Shown here piece after piece: positions 1 through 36,715 of a stretch of 64,000 nt of DNA. The stretch's first letter is position 1; each line of letters starts with the position of its first letter. The DNA comes from Felis catus (Eukaryota): positions 17,672,001 to 17,736,000 of the forward strand of contig NC_058383.1 of the NCBI RefSeq assembly GCF_018350175.1. Direction: 5' to 3'. The position numbers and the translations under genes were made by a program. The notes under the pieces were generated by a model, which did not search any database, was not told where the DNA came from, and saw nothing but the letters and a program-made list of their open reading frames with translations.

Positions 1-1670
1 GTCAGTTAAGTGATTATGGCTCAGGTCATGCATTATCTCAGTTTGTGAGTTCGAGCCCCACATCGGGCTCTGTGCTGATTGTGTAGGATGTGTTAGAATT
101 CTCTCTCTGCCCCTCCCCCAGTGGTGATCTCTCACTCTCTCAAAGTAAGTAAACCTTAAAAAAAAAAGTCCCAGAAAGCTTTAGTTTTTATTTATTTTTT
201 TAATGTTTATTTCTCAGAAAGAGAGAGAGAGAAAGAGAGGAGTGAGAGAGCGAGCATGAGTGGGGGAGGGGCAGAGAGAGGGAGACACAGAATCCAAAGC
301 AAGTTCCAGGCTCTGAGCTGTCAGCACAGAGCCTGATGCGGGGCTTGAAGTTGTGAACTGTGAGATCGTGACGTGAGCCGAAGTTAGACGCTTAACCCAC
401 TGAGCCACCCAGGTGCCCCCAGAAAGCTTTAAATACACAAAAATCCCCAATTCTTCTTTGCCTCAAGATCCATCTTGACAACACACTACCACATCTTGTC
501 TTTTCCTTGAAATGAATATCCAGGAAGCTCATATCAAAGTCACCAAGAGATGCAACCTAGAGTGTGCTCAGCAATGAGGGCAAGGCACTTGGTAGGGAAA
601 AAACATCTCCATGGTCTCTACTACTTCTGAAAAAATACAAATGCCCAGCCCTTGCCCCCCAAAATCACAACTTAGTATATTCTGAGATGGGGTCCCAGGA
701 ATCAATCCTTTAAAAACCTCTCAGGGAGCCGAGGGGGAAACACCTGGGTGGCTTAGTCAGTTGAGTGTCCGACTTTGGCTCAGGTCATAATCTCACGATT
801 CGTGAGTTCAAGCCCAACATTGGGCTCTCTGCTGTCAGCATAGAGCCTGCTTCTGATCCTCTGTCTTCCTTCTCTCTCTGCCCCTCTCCCACTCCTCTAC
901 TTATATGCATGCACTCTCTCAAAAAAAAAACAAACATTAAAAAAGAACATATTGGGGCACCTGGGTGGCTCAGTCAGTTAAGCGTCCGACTTCGGCTCAA
1001 GTCATGATCTCACAGTTCATGCGTTGGAGCCCCACATCAGACTCTGTGCTGACACCTTGGAGCCTGGAGCCTGCTTCAGATTCTGTGTCTCCCACTCTCT
1101 CTGCCCCTCCCCCACACACACTCTGTGTCTTTCTCACAAAAATAAACATTAAAAAAAAAAAACATATTAAGGGGCGCCTGGGTGGCGCAGTGGCTTAGGT
1201 GTCTGACTCCTGACTTTGGCTCAGGTCATGTTCTCATGGTTTGTGAGATTATGCCCCATGTCAGGCTCTGTGTGGACAGCACAGAACCTGTTTGGGATTC
1301 TGTCTGTCCCTCCCCTGCTTGCACAGGAGCACACTATCTTTCAGAAGTAAATAAATGAACATTAAAAACATTTTTTTAATATTTAAAAAATAATAATAAA
1401 AACAGTTTTAAATGAAAAGCTCTTCAGGGGCACCCGCCTGGTTCTGTCAGTAGAGCCTGAGACTCTTAATGTCAAGATCATGAACTCAAGCCCCACATTC
1501 AAGTGGGCATGGAGCCTACTTAAAAATAAATTATTTTAAAAAAAAGTAAATAAAATTAAATAGTTTTTTGGGGCACTTGGCTGGTTCAGTTGGTGTAATG
1601 TGTGATTCTTGATCTCAGGGTCATGAGTTCAAGCCCTACGTTGGGTGTAGAGCCTATTTAAAAAAAATTA
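1..1670. mobile_element. Cluster of Can-SINEs in mixed orientation in SRCAP intron 31
   Basis: Repeated GGGG(C/T)(G/A)CCTGGGTGGCTCAG heads, AGGTCATGATCTC bodies and CT/A tails. Confidence 0.85.
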
Positions 1671-1790
1671 AAAACCAAAAAGCTTTCCAAGTGATTCTAC
1701 TATGCACTGGTGTTTGAAAAATAAGAGGTTACACCACATAGAAAGCACTTCTTACATCCATTATGCCATTTAAACCTCAGTTACTTCCTT

Positions 1791-2026
1791 TTTTTTTTTT
1801 TATTTTTTTTTATTTTTTATTTTCAACGTTTATTTATTTTTGGGACAGAGAGAGACAGAGCATGAACGGGGGAGGGGCAGAGAGAGAGGGAGACACAGAA
1901 TCGGAAACAGGCTCCAGGCTCTGAGCCATCAGCCCAGAGCCTGACGCGGGGCTCGAACTCACGGACCGTGAGATCGTGACCTGACTGAAGTCGGACGCTT
2001 AACCGACTGCGCCACCCAGGCGCCCC
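1791..2026 (-). mobile_element. Young feline Can-SINE (SINEC_Fc-like)
   Basis: tRNA-derived head GGGGCGCCTGGGTGGCGCAGTCGGTTAAGCG, CT tract, long A tail, perfect 13-bp TSD CAGTTACTTCCTT (1778-1790 / 2028-2040). Confidence 0.92.
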
Positions 2027-2578
2027 ACAGTTACTTCCTTCTCATTAACTTTCAAAAAGTGGAAAGTGAGACTCATAAGATTAAACACACTTGACTTAAC
2101 AAACACAATTATTAACGAGTACTGTTAGAATTCAAACCTGTAACTGAGGAGTCCAAAGCCTTTTTTCTATGAAATCTTGTGAACCAATAAACAATCTACT
2201 CCCAACCATCAAAGGCCAACAGTAGGGGTGTGCCTGAGTGGCTAAGTTGGTTAAGCTTACGACTCTTGCTTTCAGCTCAGATCATGATCTCATGGTTTGT
2301 GAGATCAAGCCTTGCATCAGGCTCTGTGCTGACAGCAAGGAGCATGCTTGGGATTCTCTCTCTCCCTCTCTCTACCTACCCCTCCTGTTTGCCCATGTTC
2401 TCTCTCTTCTCAAAATAAAAATGAATAAACATGAAAAAGAAAAAAAGAAAGAAAAGGTCAACAGTAATCTGGAAAGCAGCAAAAACGTCCTTTCCCCCTA
2501 CAAAAGCTCAATGGGCTGAGAAATCATAGACATCATAACTATTAGCTCTGCTCTATAGATTGCCCACTCTTTTTTCAC

Positions 2579-28189
<25,611 letters not shown>

Positions 28190-29428
28190 GGTCCCACTCC
28201 CAGGCTCCTCTTTGGACGCCTGAAGAATGACTGGGTCGTTATCACCACTGCTGCTGGCCGAGGGGCTGGCGTCCGGCTGCAGGGCATGCTGGGAGCTGGC
28301 CTCATTCTGGGCCACCGGCCACCGGGACCCGCCTTCCAGGGCCCGGGGCCCACTAGGGCGTCCCAGCCTCCGCTCAGGTCCACCGGCCTCTGGAGCACCT
28401 TAGGTAGGGTTAAAAGAGTAGAAATGGGTTTTAAAAAGATGAATAAATCCTTAGGAAAAAAAGGATGCCGGGGTGGTTCAGTTCTTTGAGTATCCAATTT
28501 TTTTTTTTTTTAAGTTTACTTATTTGTACAGACAGAGAGAGAGAGAGAGCAAGAAGAAGAGAAGCAGAGACAGAAAGAGAGAATCCCAAGCAGGCTCTGT
28601 CCTATCGGCACAGAGCCCAAGATGGGGCTCAACCTCACCAACCATGAGATCATGACGTGAGCTGAAATCAAGAGTCCGATGCTTAACCAACTGAGCCACC
28701 CAGGTGCCCTGAAAGTCCAACTCTTGATTACAGCTCAGGTCATGATCCCAGGGTTGTGGGACCAATCCCCACATCAAGCTCCACACTGAGCATGGAGACT
28801 GCTTGAGATTCTCTTTCTCCCTCTCCCTCTGCTCTCCTCCCAACTCACATGCACATGCAAGCGACTCTCCAAAAAAAACCCACAAAAAAACAAAAAAAAC
28901 CCACAATCACATTGAAGAATCTATAAATGAACAATGATTATGGTCTACATTTCTTGAGCATCCACTATGTGTCATACTTTCCTAAGCACTGACTTGATAG
29001 GTTCTATAATCCTCACAACTATCTTGCGACCTAAACACTTCTCACATCTTAATAAATCTTTATTTAGTTCCTTCCATATACTGAGAATAGAAGCATACAG
29101 AAAAGATCCCTAACCTAATTGAGGCATTCTAACATTTTCCCTCTTTTATAATTTAGGAAGTCAGCACACAAAGAGACCCAAGTAACTTGCATAAGGTCAC
29201 ACAGTAATAAGCTAACAGAAAAACTTAAGCTGAGGTAGTCTGATGCCAAGACCAAGGAAAATGTGCTACTCTTCTTGGTAGGGCTAGGGTGATCAGGCCT
29301 TTCTCTATCCACACTCCCACTTTTGTTGCTGCACAAATATCATCAAACCAAAAATACTGACTTATAATTTCTCTCATCTCAAGTATCTCTATTAGCATCA
29401 ACACAAAAAATGGTATATGAACCCTCAC

Positions 29429-29502
29429 CTGTGTGAGCTGAGACCACACCCCCTGTGAAAGTCTGTACTTCCACGGTGCCGCCGTACTGAGGGAAATCAC
29501 GC
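29429..29502 (-). other. SRCAP: SRCAP 5' leader exon 2 (74 nt)
   Basis: Polypyrimidine tract + TTTCAG acceptor and CAG|GTGAGG donor flank a 74-nt segment between the promoter and exon 3. Confidence 0.8.
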
Positions 29503-30195
29503 CTGAAACAAACAGAGGTAAGGAAAACAGAGTGAGAAACGAATCCACATTTACCAACAACATCCATCAAAACCTTCTTTACAGTAACTTTTGAAGCTTT
29601 TAAACATACCCGAATCGAAGGCTGAAAACAAGAGAATTAAAGAGTAGCAAGAAAGGCTCATGTTTCAGAAAAATAAAAGCAAAATCACAGTTTGCAAAAA
29701 CAGAACTCCCTAGAGACATAAGATTCTGGCTAAGGGAGGAGCACTGTAGTGAAGCAAAAAAAAAAAAAAAAAAAAAAAAGTTTAAAAAGCTTAAGTGTAA
29801 AAGGCTACAACCACTGAATAAAAAAGTAACAAAGCAAAACAAACAAAAAACCTGTCACATCAAGAAGCTCAAAAAGACATTGGCTGCCTGCTCTCCTTTC
29901 CAGTGAGGGTTGAACAGAATCACAGAATCCACCCTTCCTCAGGGCAGAACCCCGTAACTCCTATACCTGCGCCATGAGACACTTCCCCAAACACAAGAAC
30001 TGCAGCAGGAGACATTAGAGGAGAAATCAGAAGAGAGAAAGACCGCTCAGCAAAGAACCATGCCCCGGAAACAGGCAGGGTAAACCCACCAAAGGCCCGG
30101 AAGTGTTTCCCCAGTGTTTAAGGAAATTCCTTAACCACGGAGCAGCCTTCGATTCACTCCTTCCTCCACAACAGATTCACAGGACCCGAACTAAC

Positions 30196-30267
30196 CAGAA
30201 TCCAAGAAGCTTGAACTCTTGACCCCCAGCTTCACTGCTGTCTCCCAACTCCTTCCAACGGACTGAC
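30196..30267 (-). other. SRCAP: Candidate SRCAP first exon (1b)
   Basis: CTG|GTTAGT donor at 30194-30195 at the edge of the CpG island; resembles the human RefSeq first exon as recalled; 5' end approximate. Confidence 0.55.
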
Positions 30268-30971
30268 CCGACGTGACCCCTGACCTCTGCCCCAAGTCGC
30301 CACTAACCCTGATAGCCCCGCCCCCTCCCGGACTCCCACCCCACCCAACGTGCGACAGACTGGGGGAGGGGCCCGCGCGTGCGCGACTGGAAGTGGAGAG
30401 AGCCGGCTGCGCGCACCGCCCGGGGGCTCCCGCCAGAGCCCAAACCCACGCACGCAAGGGTCGCAGGCTGGAAGTCTCTCATCCCTACCCGTCAGGGAGC
30501 CCCCCAACACCAGATCGCGAAAGGCTGACATAAGGGAGGGTTCGTGCCGCCAGGTCCTGGTTGCTGACTGGATATGGTGGGCGCGCGCCCCGACTCCTCA
30601 TCCCACGCCCCCCTTCCTCTTCCCGCGCGCCCCTTGGGGGGGGGGTGCCTGGGGTTGGTGGGCGGGCAGGAGCGCACCTGGGTCCGTCCTCTCAGGGCTC
30701 GCTCGCTCGCTCAGGCACGCGTGCGCAGACGGGCGTGAGGGGAGTGGAGATGCGCCCGGGCCCAGTGCTGGCCGGCCTGGCCCCCCTCAGCCTGTCTCTA
30801 TGGGCGCGCGCCGACAGCCTCGCGCACCGGCCCCGGGGCCCCGGCCGAAGGTGCGCGCGCAGCACCCCGGGAAGGTGGGAGGAGAGGCGGTGGCGGAAAG
30901 ATGCGCGCGCAGTCACCCGTCAGGGGAGGGGGAACTGTGGGGCGTCCGCCATCTTGTCTCCCTCTCCTTAC

Positions 30972-31260
30972 CTGCGTCCTCGGGGGCGTGCGCACCACCC
31001 CCCCTCCCGCCGAGGAGGGGGGAGGGCCCCCTCTTGGCCGCCGCCTTCGCGGCCTTTAAATTCCCCTGGGGCTCGCGGCTACTGCCGCCGCCTTGCTTCC
31101 ACTGCCTCCTCTCACGGCACAGAGATGCGGACGGTGGGTGGGAAAAATGGGAGACGCTACTCTCGGCGAACCGCCGCCGCCGCTTCCGAGGCCCCACCAA
31201 AATGGCCGCCGCCGTCTCGGCCGCCACCACCAACACCACCACCACCACCACAGCTCTCTA
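30972..31260 (-). other. SRCAP: Candidate SRCAP upstream first exon (1a)
   Basis: Strong CAG|GTAAGG donor at 30970-30971, downstream of clustered promoter motifs; TSS approximate. Confidence 0.6.
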
Positions 31261-31283
31261 TCGCTACCGCCGGCGCGGCCCGT

Positions 31284-31297
31284 CCTCTCGCGAGAGG
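31284..31297. promoter_or_regulatory. TCTCGCGAGA palindrome (BANP/ZBTB33-type motif)
   Basis: Perfect 14-bp palindrome CCTCTCGCGAGAGG just upstream of the candidate TSS. Confidence 0.8.
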
Positions 31298-31363
31298 CAG
31301 TAACTGGACGTTGGGGAATGGGAAGGCTCGCGTGCTAGCGTAGGGCGCTGCCCGAGGCGCAAA

Positions 31364-31382
31364 GCATACTGGGAGTTGTAGT
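31364..31382 (-). promoter_or_regulatory. ZNF143/THAP11 (SBS) motif
   Basis: ACTACAACTCCCAGTATGC fits the ACTACAnnTCCCAnnATGC consensus. Confidence 0.8.
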
Positions 31383-33338
31383 CCGCTTGGAGGCTCCGAG
31401 CTTGCCCCGCGGCATAGCGTCTTTATCCTCCACTGGAGAAGGTGCCTGTGGAGCTGCATTGCGGCTGCCAATTCGGACCAGTCCCCCGTTTTTTAATAGA
31501 TCACCCAGAGAGCTGAAGCAATATGTCAGGTGTTCTCAGCAAATTAGCAGTAGAGCTTGGGCCTCTGGATTCCCAAGGCAGTCCACTTTATAGAGAGCTG
31601 CTTCGTTTTGCACAAGGGTGGTATCCCCAATAGCTCCCAAGCAACTATATGCCATTTGTTGGCCAACTTTCTAGGTTAAGAACTCCTTTGAGATACCCTC
31701 ACCCCAGGAAAGAATAATAACAGCTACCTTCTGTTGAGACCACTTTGTGCACTAATTCTCTTTGAATCCCAACAATGCTCCATTTTACAAATGAATTGAG
31801 GCTTCTAGATTAACCAGTGACAGAGCCCAAAGCCAGGGTTCACAGCCACACAGCCTAAATCACAAGGAGACACACACACAATTTGCCACCTAAAGCCCAC
31901 CCTAAGAGTCAGGTTAGGAAGCCCTGAAAAAGTTCTTCAGCTCCTCTTCGTCCACCCGGTTTAGCTCTTAACCCATTTTACTCAAAGAGTTGATCGAATC
32001 TGTGTCACTGATTTGGAGCCATATTTTTCTTACAGCAATGATCAGGGGTTGAAAACTCAAAAACCTGTACACCTGAAACAAACATAACATTCTATGTTAA
32101 TTGTACTTCAATAAAAAAAATTTTTTTTAAAGAAAGTTCAAAAACCTTAAAGAGCCGGGCACGTCATGTAAATAAAGTGAAGAGGGTCCGGTGAGGAATA
32201 CGAGGAACTGGAGACCACATGCTCTGTCCAGAGAGAACAGCCGCTGTTCAAACGACTGTTCCAGTCACCCTGCAGAAATGGGGGCCAAAATACATCTTAA
32301 GAGTCAAATTCGGCCACAGGCTGCCAGTTTACTACCTCTGGCCTACGCTGAAGCCTCAAGACATATGGAAGCATCCAGGACAGATAATTTGATTGAAAAA
32401 GTGGATGAATGTCCATCCACTTAGGTCCAGTTCAAAGTCTTTTTTTTTTTTTTCACACCAAGTTTACAAATTTCTGAGATCCCATCATAGAACCACACTG
32501 AGCTACCAAGAGCTCTCACATCTCTTCCCATAAGAGATTTATGGGAAGAGCCTTCCCATAAATGTTCTCATCCTTTTCCAGCTATTCTTCCTCCAAAATT
32601 CAGCTCAAGGGCCACAAGCCCCAGGTGATCTGCTCTGACCACCCCTAGGCTGGTTTAATACTCCTCCCATAGCTTCCTGGGTTTCATAGAGTACTAATTG
32701 ATTGCACTGTATCTGGATTCATGGTCTGTCCACGCCACCCCAAAAAGTATTATTAACCCCTTGAGGATAGGAACATGGTTTATACATGTAAATTCACTAT
32801 GCCACTCTCAGAAAGATTATTCAGGAAATTTATTAGTGTGAATTACTTGTATTATAATACTTGATTAAAAACAAAATAACTGGTATTGGATTCATGAGCA
32901 CAAACTGAAAATAAACCTCAAATCTCTTCTATTTCCATGACTATCATCCTGGGCCAGCCATCATCATCTCTTGCTTGGATTACCCATGAGCTTCCCACAT
33001 CCACTCCTGTCTCCCTTTACTTCATTCTCTGCATGGCAACCAGAGTGACCGTAATGTATAAATCAGATCATATTGCTGTCACACTTAAGATCCCCAAATG
33101 GCATCTTAGCTCACTTAAGTGAAAGCCCAAATTACGTGTCGTGACAAAATCTCCATAGGGCTGACATTATGAAGAATCTAGGCACAAGAGTATACACATG
33201 CGATTCCATTTATATGAAGTTCAAGCAGGCAAAAGTAATTGATGTTGCTAAAAATAAAATATAACCATTGAGAGAGAGAGAGGGATTTTAATTGGGAAGA
33301 GCCACAGCTCCCTAGGGGGATACTAGGAATGTGTGTCC

Positions 33339-33697
33339 TGAGTTGGTAAACTATGGTCCAAAGAGCAAGTCCTGTCTAGCACTTGTTTTTGTACAGCCCA
33401 CAAACTAAGAATGCTAACAAGTCTAAATCACAAGTCTAAGAATGGTTTTTACATTTGAAAATGGTTGAGGAAAAACCAAAAGAAAACTCCTTTTGTGACA
33501 CATGAAAACATACATAATTCAAATTTCAGTGTCCATAACTAAGGGTTTATCAGAACCCCACCATACCCATTCATTTACATGGCATCTATAGCTGCTTTCC
33601 TGCTACAGTACCAGAGCTGAGTAGTTGCAACAGAGGCCACAGGCCCACAAACTCAACAATTTTCTATCTGGTACTTTACAAAAAAAGTCTGCTGACC
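33339..33697 (+). mobile_element. MER58-like hAT DNA transposon remnant
   Basis: GTTGGTAAACTATGG...GAGTAGTTGCAACAGAG...TATCTGG...AAAAAGTCTGCTGACC. Confidence 0.6.
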
Positions 33698-34299
33698 GTT
33701 ATTCCCCATCTTAATGTGGATGAGGTCATTTCCATGGGTATATATACAGGTGTAAACATTCACTGAGCTGCGCGCTTAAAGTTTGTATACTTTATATACC
33801 TCAAAGCATGTATTTTATACTTAAATTTTAAAAATAACCCTACAAGATAGGACCCCTGCCTACTTTTTTTTAAAAAACCTCATTTACCCCTTGTTTGCTG
33901 TACTGTAGCCATCATGCCCTGCTCCAAAACATCTATCAATTTCTGCTTCCAGAGCCTTCATCTTCATTGTTCCCTCTGACATTTTTTCTCATGGCTAGCT
34001 CTCCCTTTTCATGACGGTCTTAGTTCAAATGTTGCCTCCTCAGAGAAGTTCCTGACATTAAATAGCCCTTTGACTGCCAGTCACTCCGTATTACACGCTT
34101 TCTTTACAACACTTACTTGCAATTACTGATTTATTTGTATCCTTGTTTATTGTTTTCCCCTCCCCCCAAAAGGTAAGCTCCCTGAGAGCAGGGGCATTGT
34201 CACAGGTTTATAGTACTCTAGATAATTACTGAATGATGAAAAATATTTCAGACAATCCTGTGAAAAGGAGATTGTTCCATTTGCCAAATGAAATCTTGG

Positions 34300-36715
34300 T
34301 TGAATGAAAAGTGAACGATGAAGACTCAATATTGTCAAGATGTCAGTTCTTCCCAACTTGATTTATAGATTTGGTGCAATCCCAATCAAAATCCCAGCAA
34401 GTTATTTTGTGAATATCAACAAACTGATTCTAAAGTTTATATCAGAAGGCAAAAGACCCAGAATAGCCAAGATATTATTGAAGGAGAACAAAGTTGGAAG
34501 ACTGATACTACCTGACTTCAAGACTTACTATAAAGCTGCAATAATCAAGATAGAGTGATATTAGCAAAAGAATAGACAAATAGATCACTAGAACAGAATA
34601 GAGAGCCCAGTTATAGACCCATATTGATATGGTCAACTGATCTGGACAAAGGAGCAAAGAATACAATGGAGCAAAAATACTCTGTCCAGGGTGCCTGGGT
34701 GGCTCAGTTGGTTGAACATCCAACTCTTGATTTCAGCTCAGGTCATGATCCCGGGGTCCTGGGATCAAGTCCCACATCAGGCTCCATGCTGAACATGGAG
34801 CCTTCTTGGGATTCTCTCTCTCCCTCTGCCCCTCTCTCCTGCTTTCACTCTCTCTCTCTCTCAAATTAAAAAAAAATTAAATACTCTTTTCAACAAATGG
34901 AGCTAGAACAACTGGACATGCACAAGCAAAAATGTTAGTCTGGACACAGACCTTACATCCCTTCACAAAAATTAACTCAAAATGAATCACAGACCTAAAT
35001 GTAAAGAGCAAAACTGTGAAACTCTTAGAAGATAACATAGGAGTGGGGGGGCCTGGGTGGCTTAGTTGGTTGAGCGTCCGACATCAACTCAGGTTGTGAT
35101 CTCGCAGTCCATGAGTTCAAGCCCCGCATCAGGCTCTGTGCTGACAGCTCAGAGCCTGGAGCCTGTTTCGAATTCTGTGTCTCCCTCTCTCTCTCTCTGT
35201 CCCTCCCCTATTCATGTTCTGTCTCTCTCTCTTTATCTCTCTCAAAAATAAATAAACATTTAAAAAATTTAGAAGATAACATAGGAGAAAACCTAGATGA
35301 CCTTGGCTATGGTATTGACGCCTTTTTAGATACAACACCAAAAGCATGATCCATATAAGAAATAATTGATCATATGGATTTCATTAAAATGAAAAACGTA
35401 TCTGTGAAAGACAAGAAGACAAAAGAATAAGAAGACAAGCCACAGACTGGGAGAGAATATTTATAAAAAACATCTGGTAAAGGAATATTCAAAAATATTC
35501 CAAGAATTCTTAAAACACAGTAATAAGAAAACACCCTGATTAAAAAATGGGCCAAAGATAGCAAACACCTCACCAAAGAAGACACACAGATGGCGAATAA
35601 ACATATGAAAAGATGCTCCACATGAGATATTACTACATGTCTATTAGAATGACCAAAATTCAGGACGCTGACAACAGCAAATGCAGAGGAGGATGTGGAG
35701 CAGTGGGAACTCTCATTCATTGCTGGTGGGAACAGTGCAGCCACTTTGGAAGATGGTTTGCTGGTTTCTTACAAAAGTAAACATACTCAGGTGCCTGGGT
35801 GGCTCAGTCGGTTAAGTGTCCGACTTTGGCTCAGGTCATGATCTCAGGGCTTGTGGGTTCGAGTCCTGTGCTGACAGCTCAAGAGCCTGGAGCCTGCTTC
35901 TGATTCCGTCTCTGTCTTTGCCCCTCCCCTGCTCTCTCTCTCTCTCTCTCAAAAATAAAAACACATTAGAAAAAAAATTTTTAACTGTTCAAAAGTAAAC
36001 ATAGTCTTCCCATACAAACCAGCAGTCATGTTCCTTTTTTTATTCCCAAAGGAGTTGAAAAAAAAAAAAAAAACCACTTCTGTCCACAGAAAAACCTGCA
36101 CACAAATGTTTATACAGTTTTATTCCAAATACCAGAACTTGGAAGCAACCAAGGTGGCCTTCAGTAGGTGAATGGATAAACAAACTGTGATACATGCAGA
36201 CAGTGGAATATTATTCAGCACTAAAAAGAAGTGAGCTATTGAGCCATCAAGAAACGTGAAGGAAACTTAAATGCATATTATTAAGTGAAAGAAGCCAATA
36301 TGAAAAGGCTACCAACTGTATCATTCCAACTGTATGACGTTATGGAAAAGGCAACACTACGGAGACTAACAAGATCGGTGGTTGTCAGGGGTCAGTGAGG
36401 GAGGGATGAATAGGAGGACAGAGGGGTTTTAGGGCAGAAACTACTCTCTATGATACCATAATGGTGGATACAAGTCATTGCCCATTTGTCTAAACCCATA
36501 AACTGTACAACACCAAGAGTGAACTATAATGTAAGTCACGGACTTTGGGTGATTATGGTGTGTCAATGTAGGTTCATCAATTATAACAAATGTCCCACTG
36601 TCATGGAGGATGTTGACAATGGAGAAAAAGTGCGTGTGTTGGGATGGGGAGTATATAGGAAACCTCTGTACCTTCCCCTCAATGCTGTGAACGTAATATT
36701 GTCCTAAAAAATTAG
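34300..36715 (+). mobile_element. LINE-1 (L1M-type) ORF2 3' half and 3' UTR, interrupted by three SINEs
   Basis: Peptide [18 protein letters not shown]...[16 protein letters not shown] is typical of L1 ORF2. Confidence 0.9.

Larger units (their letters stand above)
30250..31480. promoter_or_regulatory. CpG-island promoter of SRCAP
   Basis: Very GC- and CpG-rich, with GC boxes, NRF1-like GCGCGTGCGC and YY1 motifs (CCGCCATCTTG 30946-30956; CAAAATGGC ~31198-31206). Confidence 0.9.

Noticed and set aside
214..2519. Many short ORFs with AQVMIS/SGSVLTA/DFGSGHDL peptides, recurring across the window
   Set aside because: Translations of Can-SINE sequence, not genes.
30350..31343. 317-aa and 260-aa plus-strand ORFs in the CpG island
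   Set aside because: Non-ATG starts, R/G/P/A-rich with no recognisable domain; expected from stop-codon scarcity in GC-rich DNA.
34340..34558. L1 ORF2-like peptide as an active gene
   Set aside because: Short fragment with stops and SINE interruptions; a fossil element.
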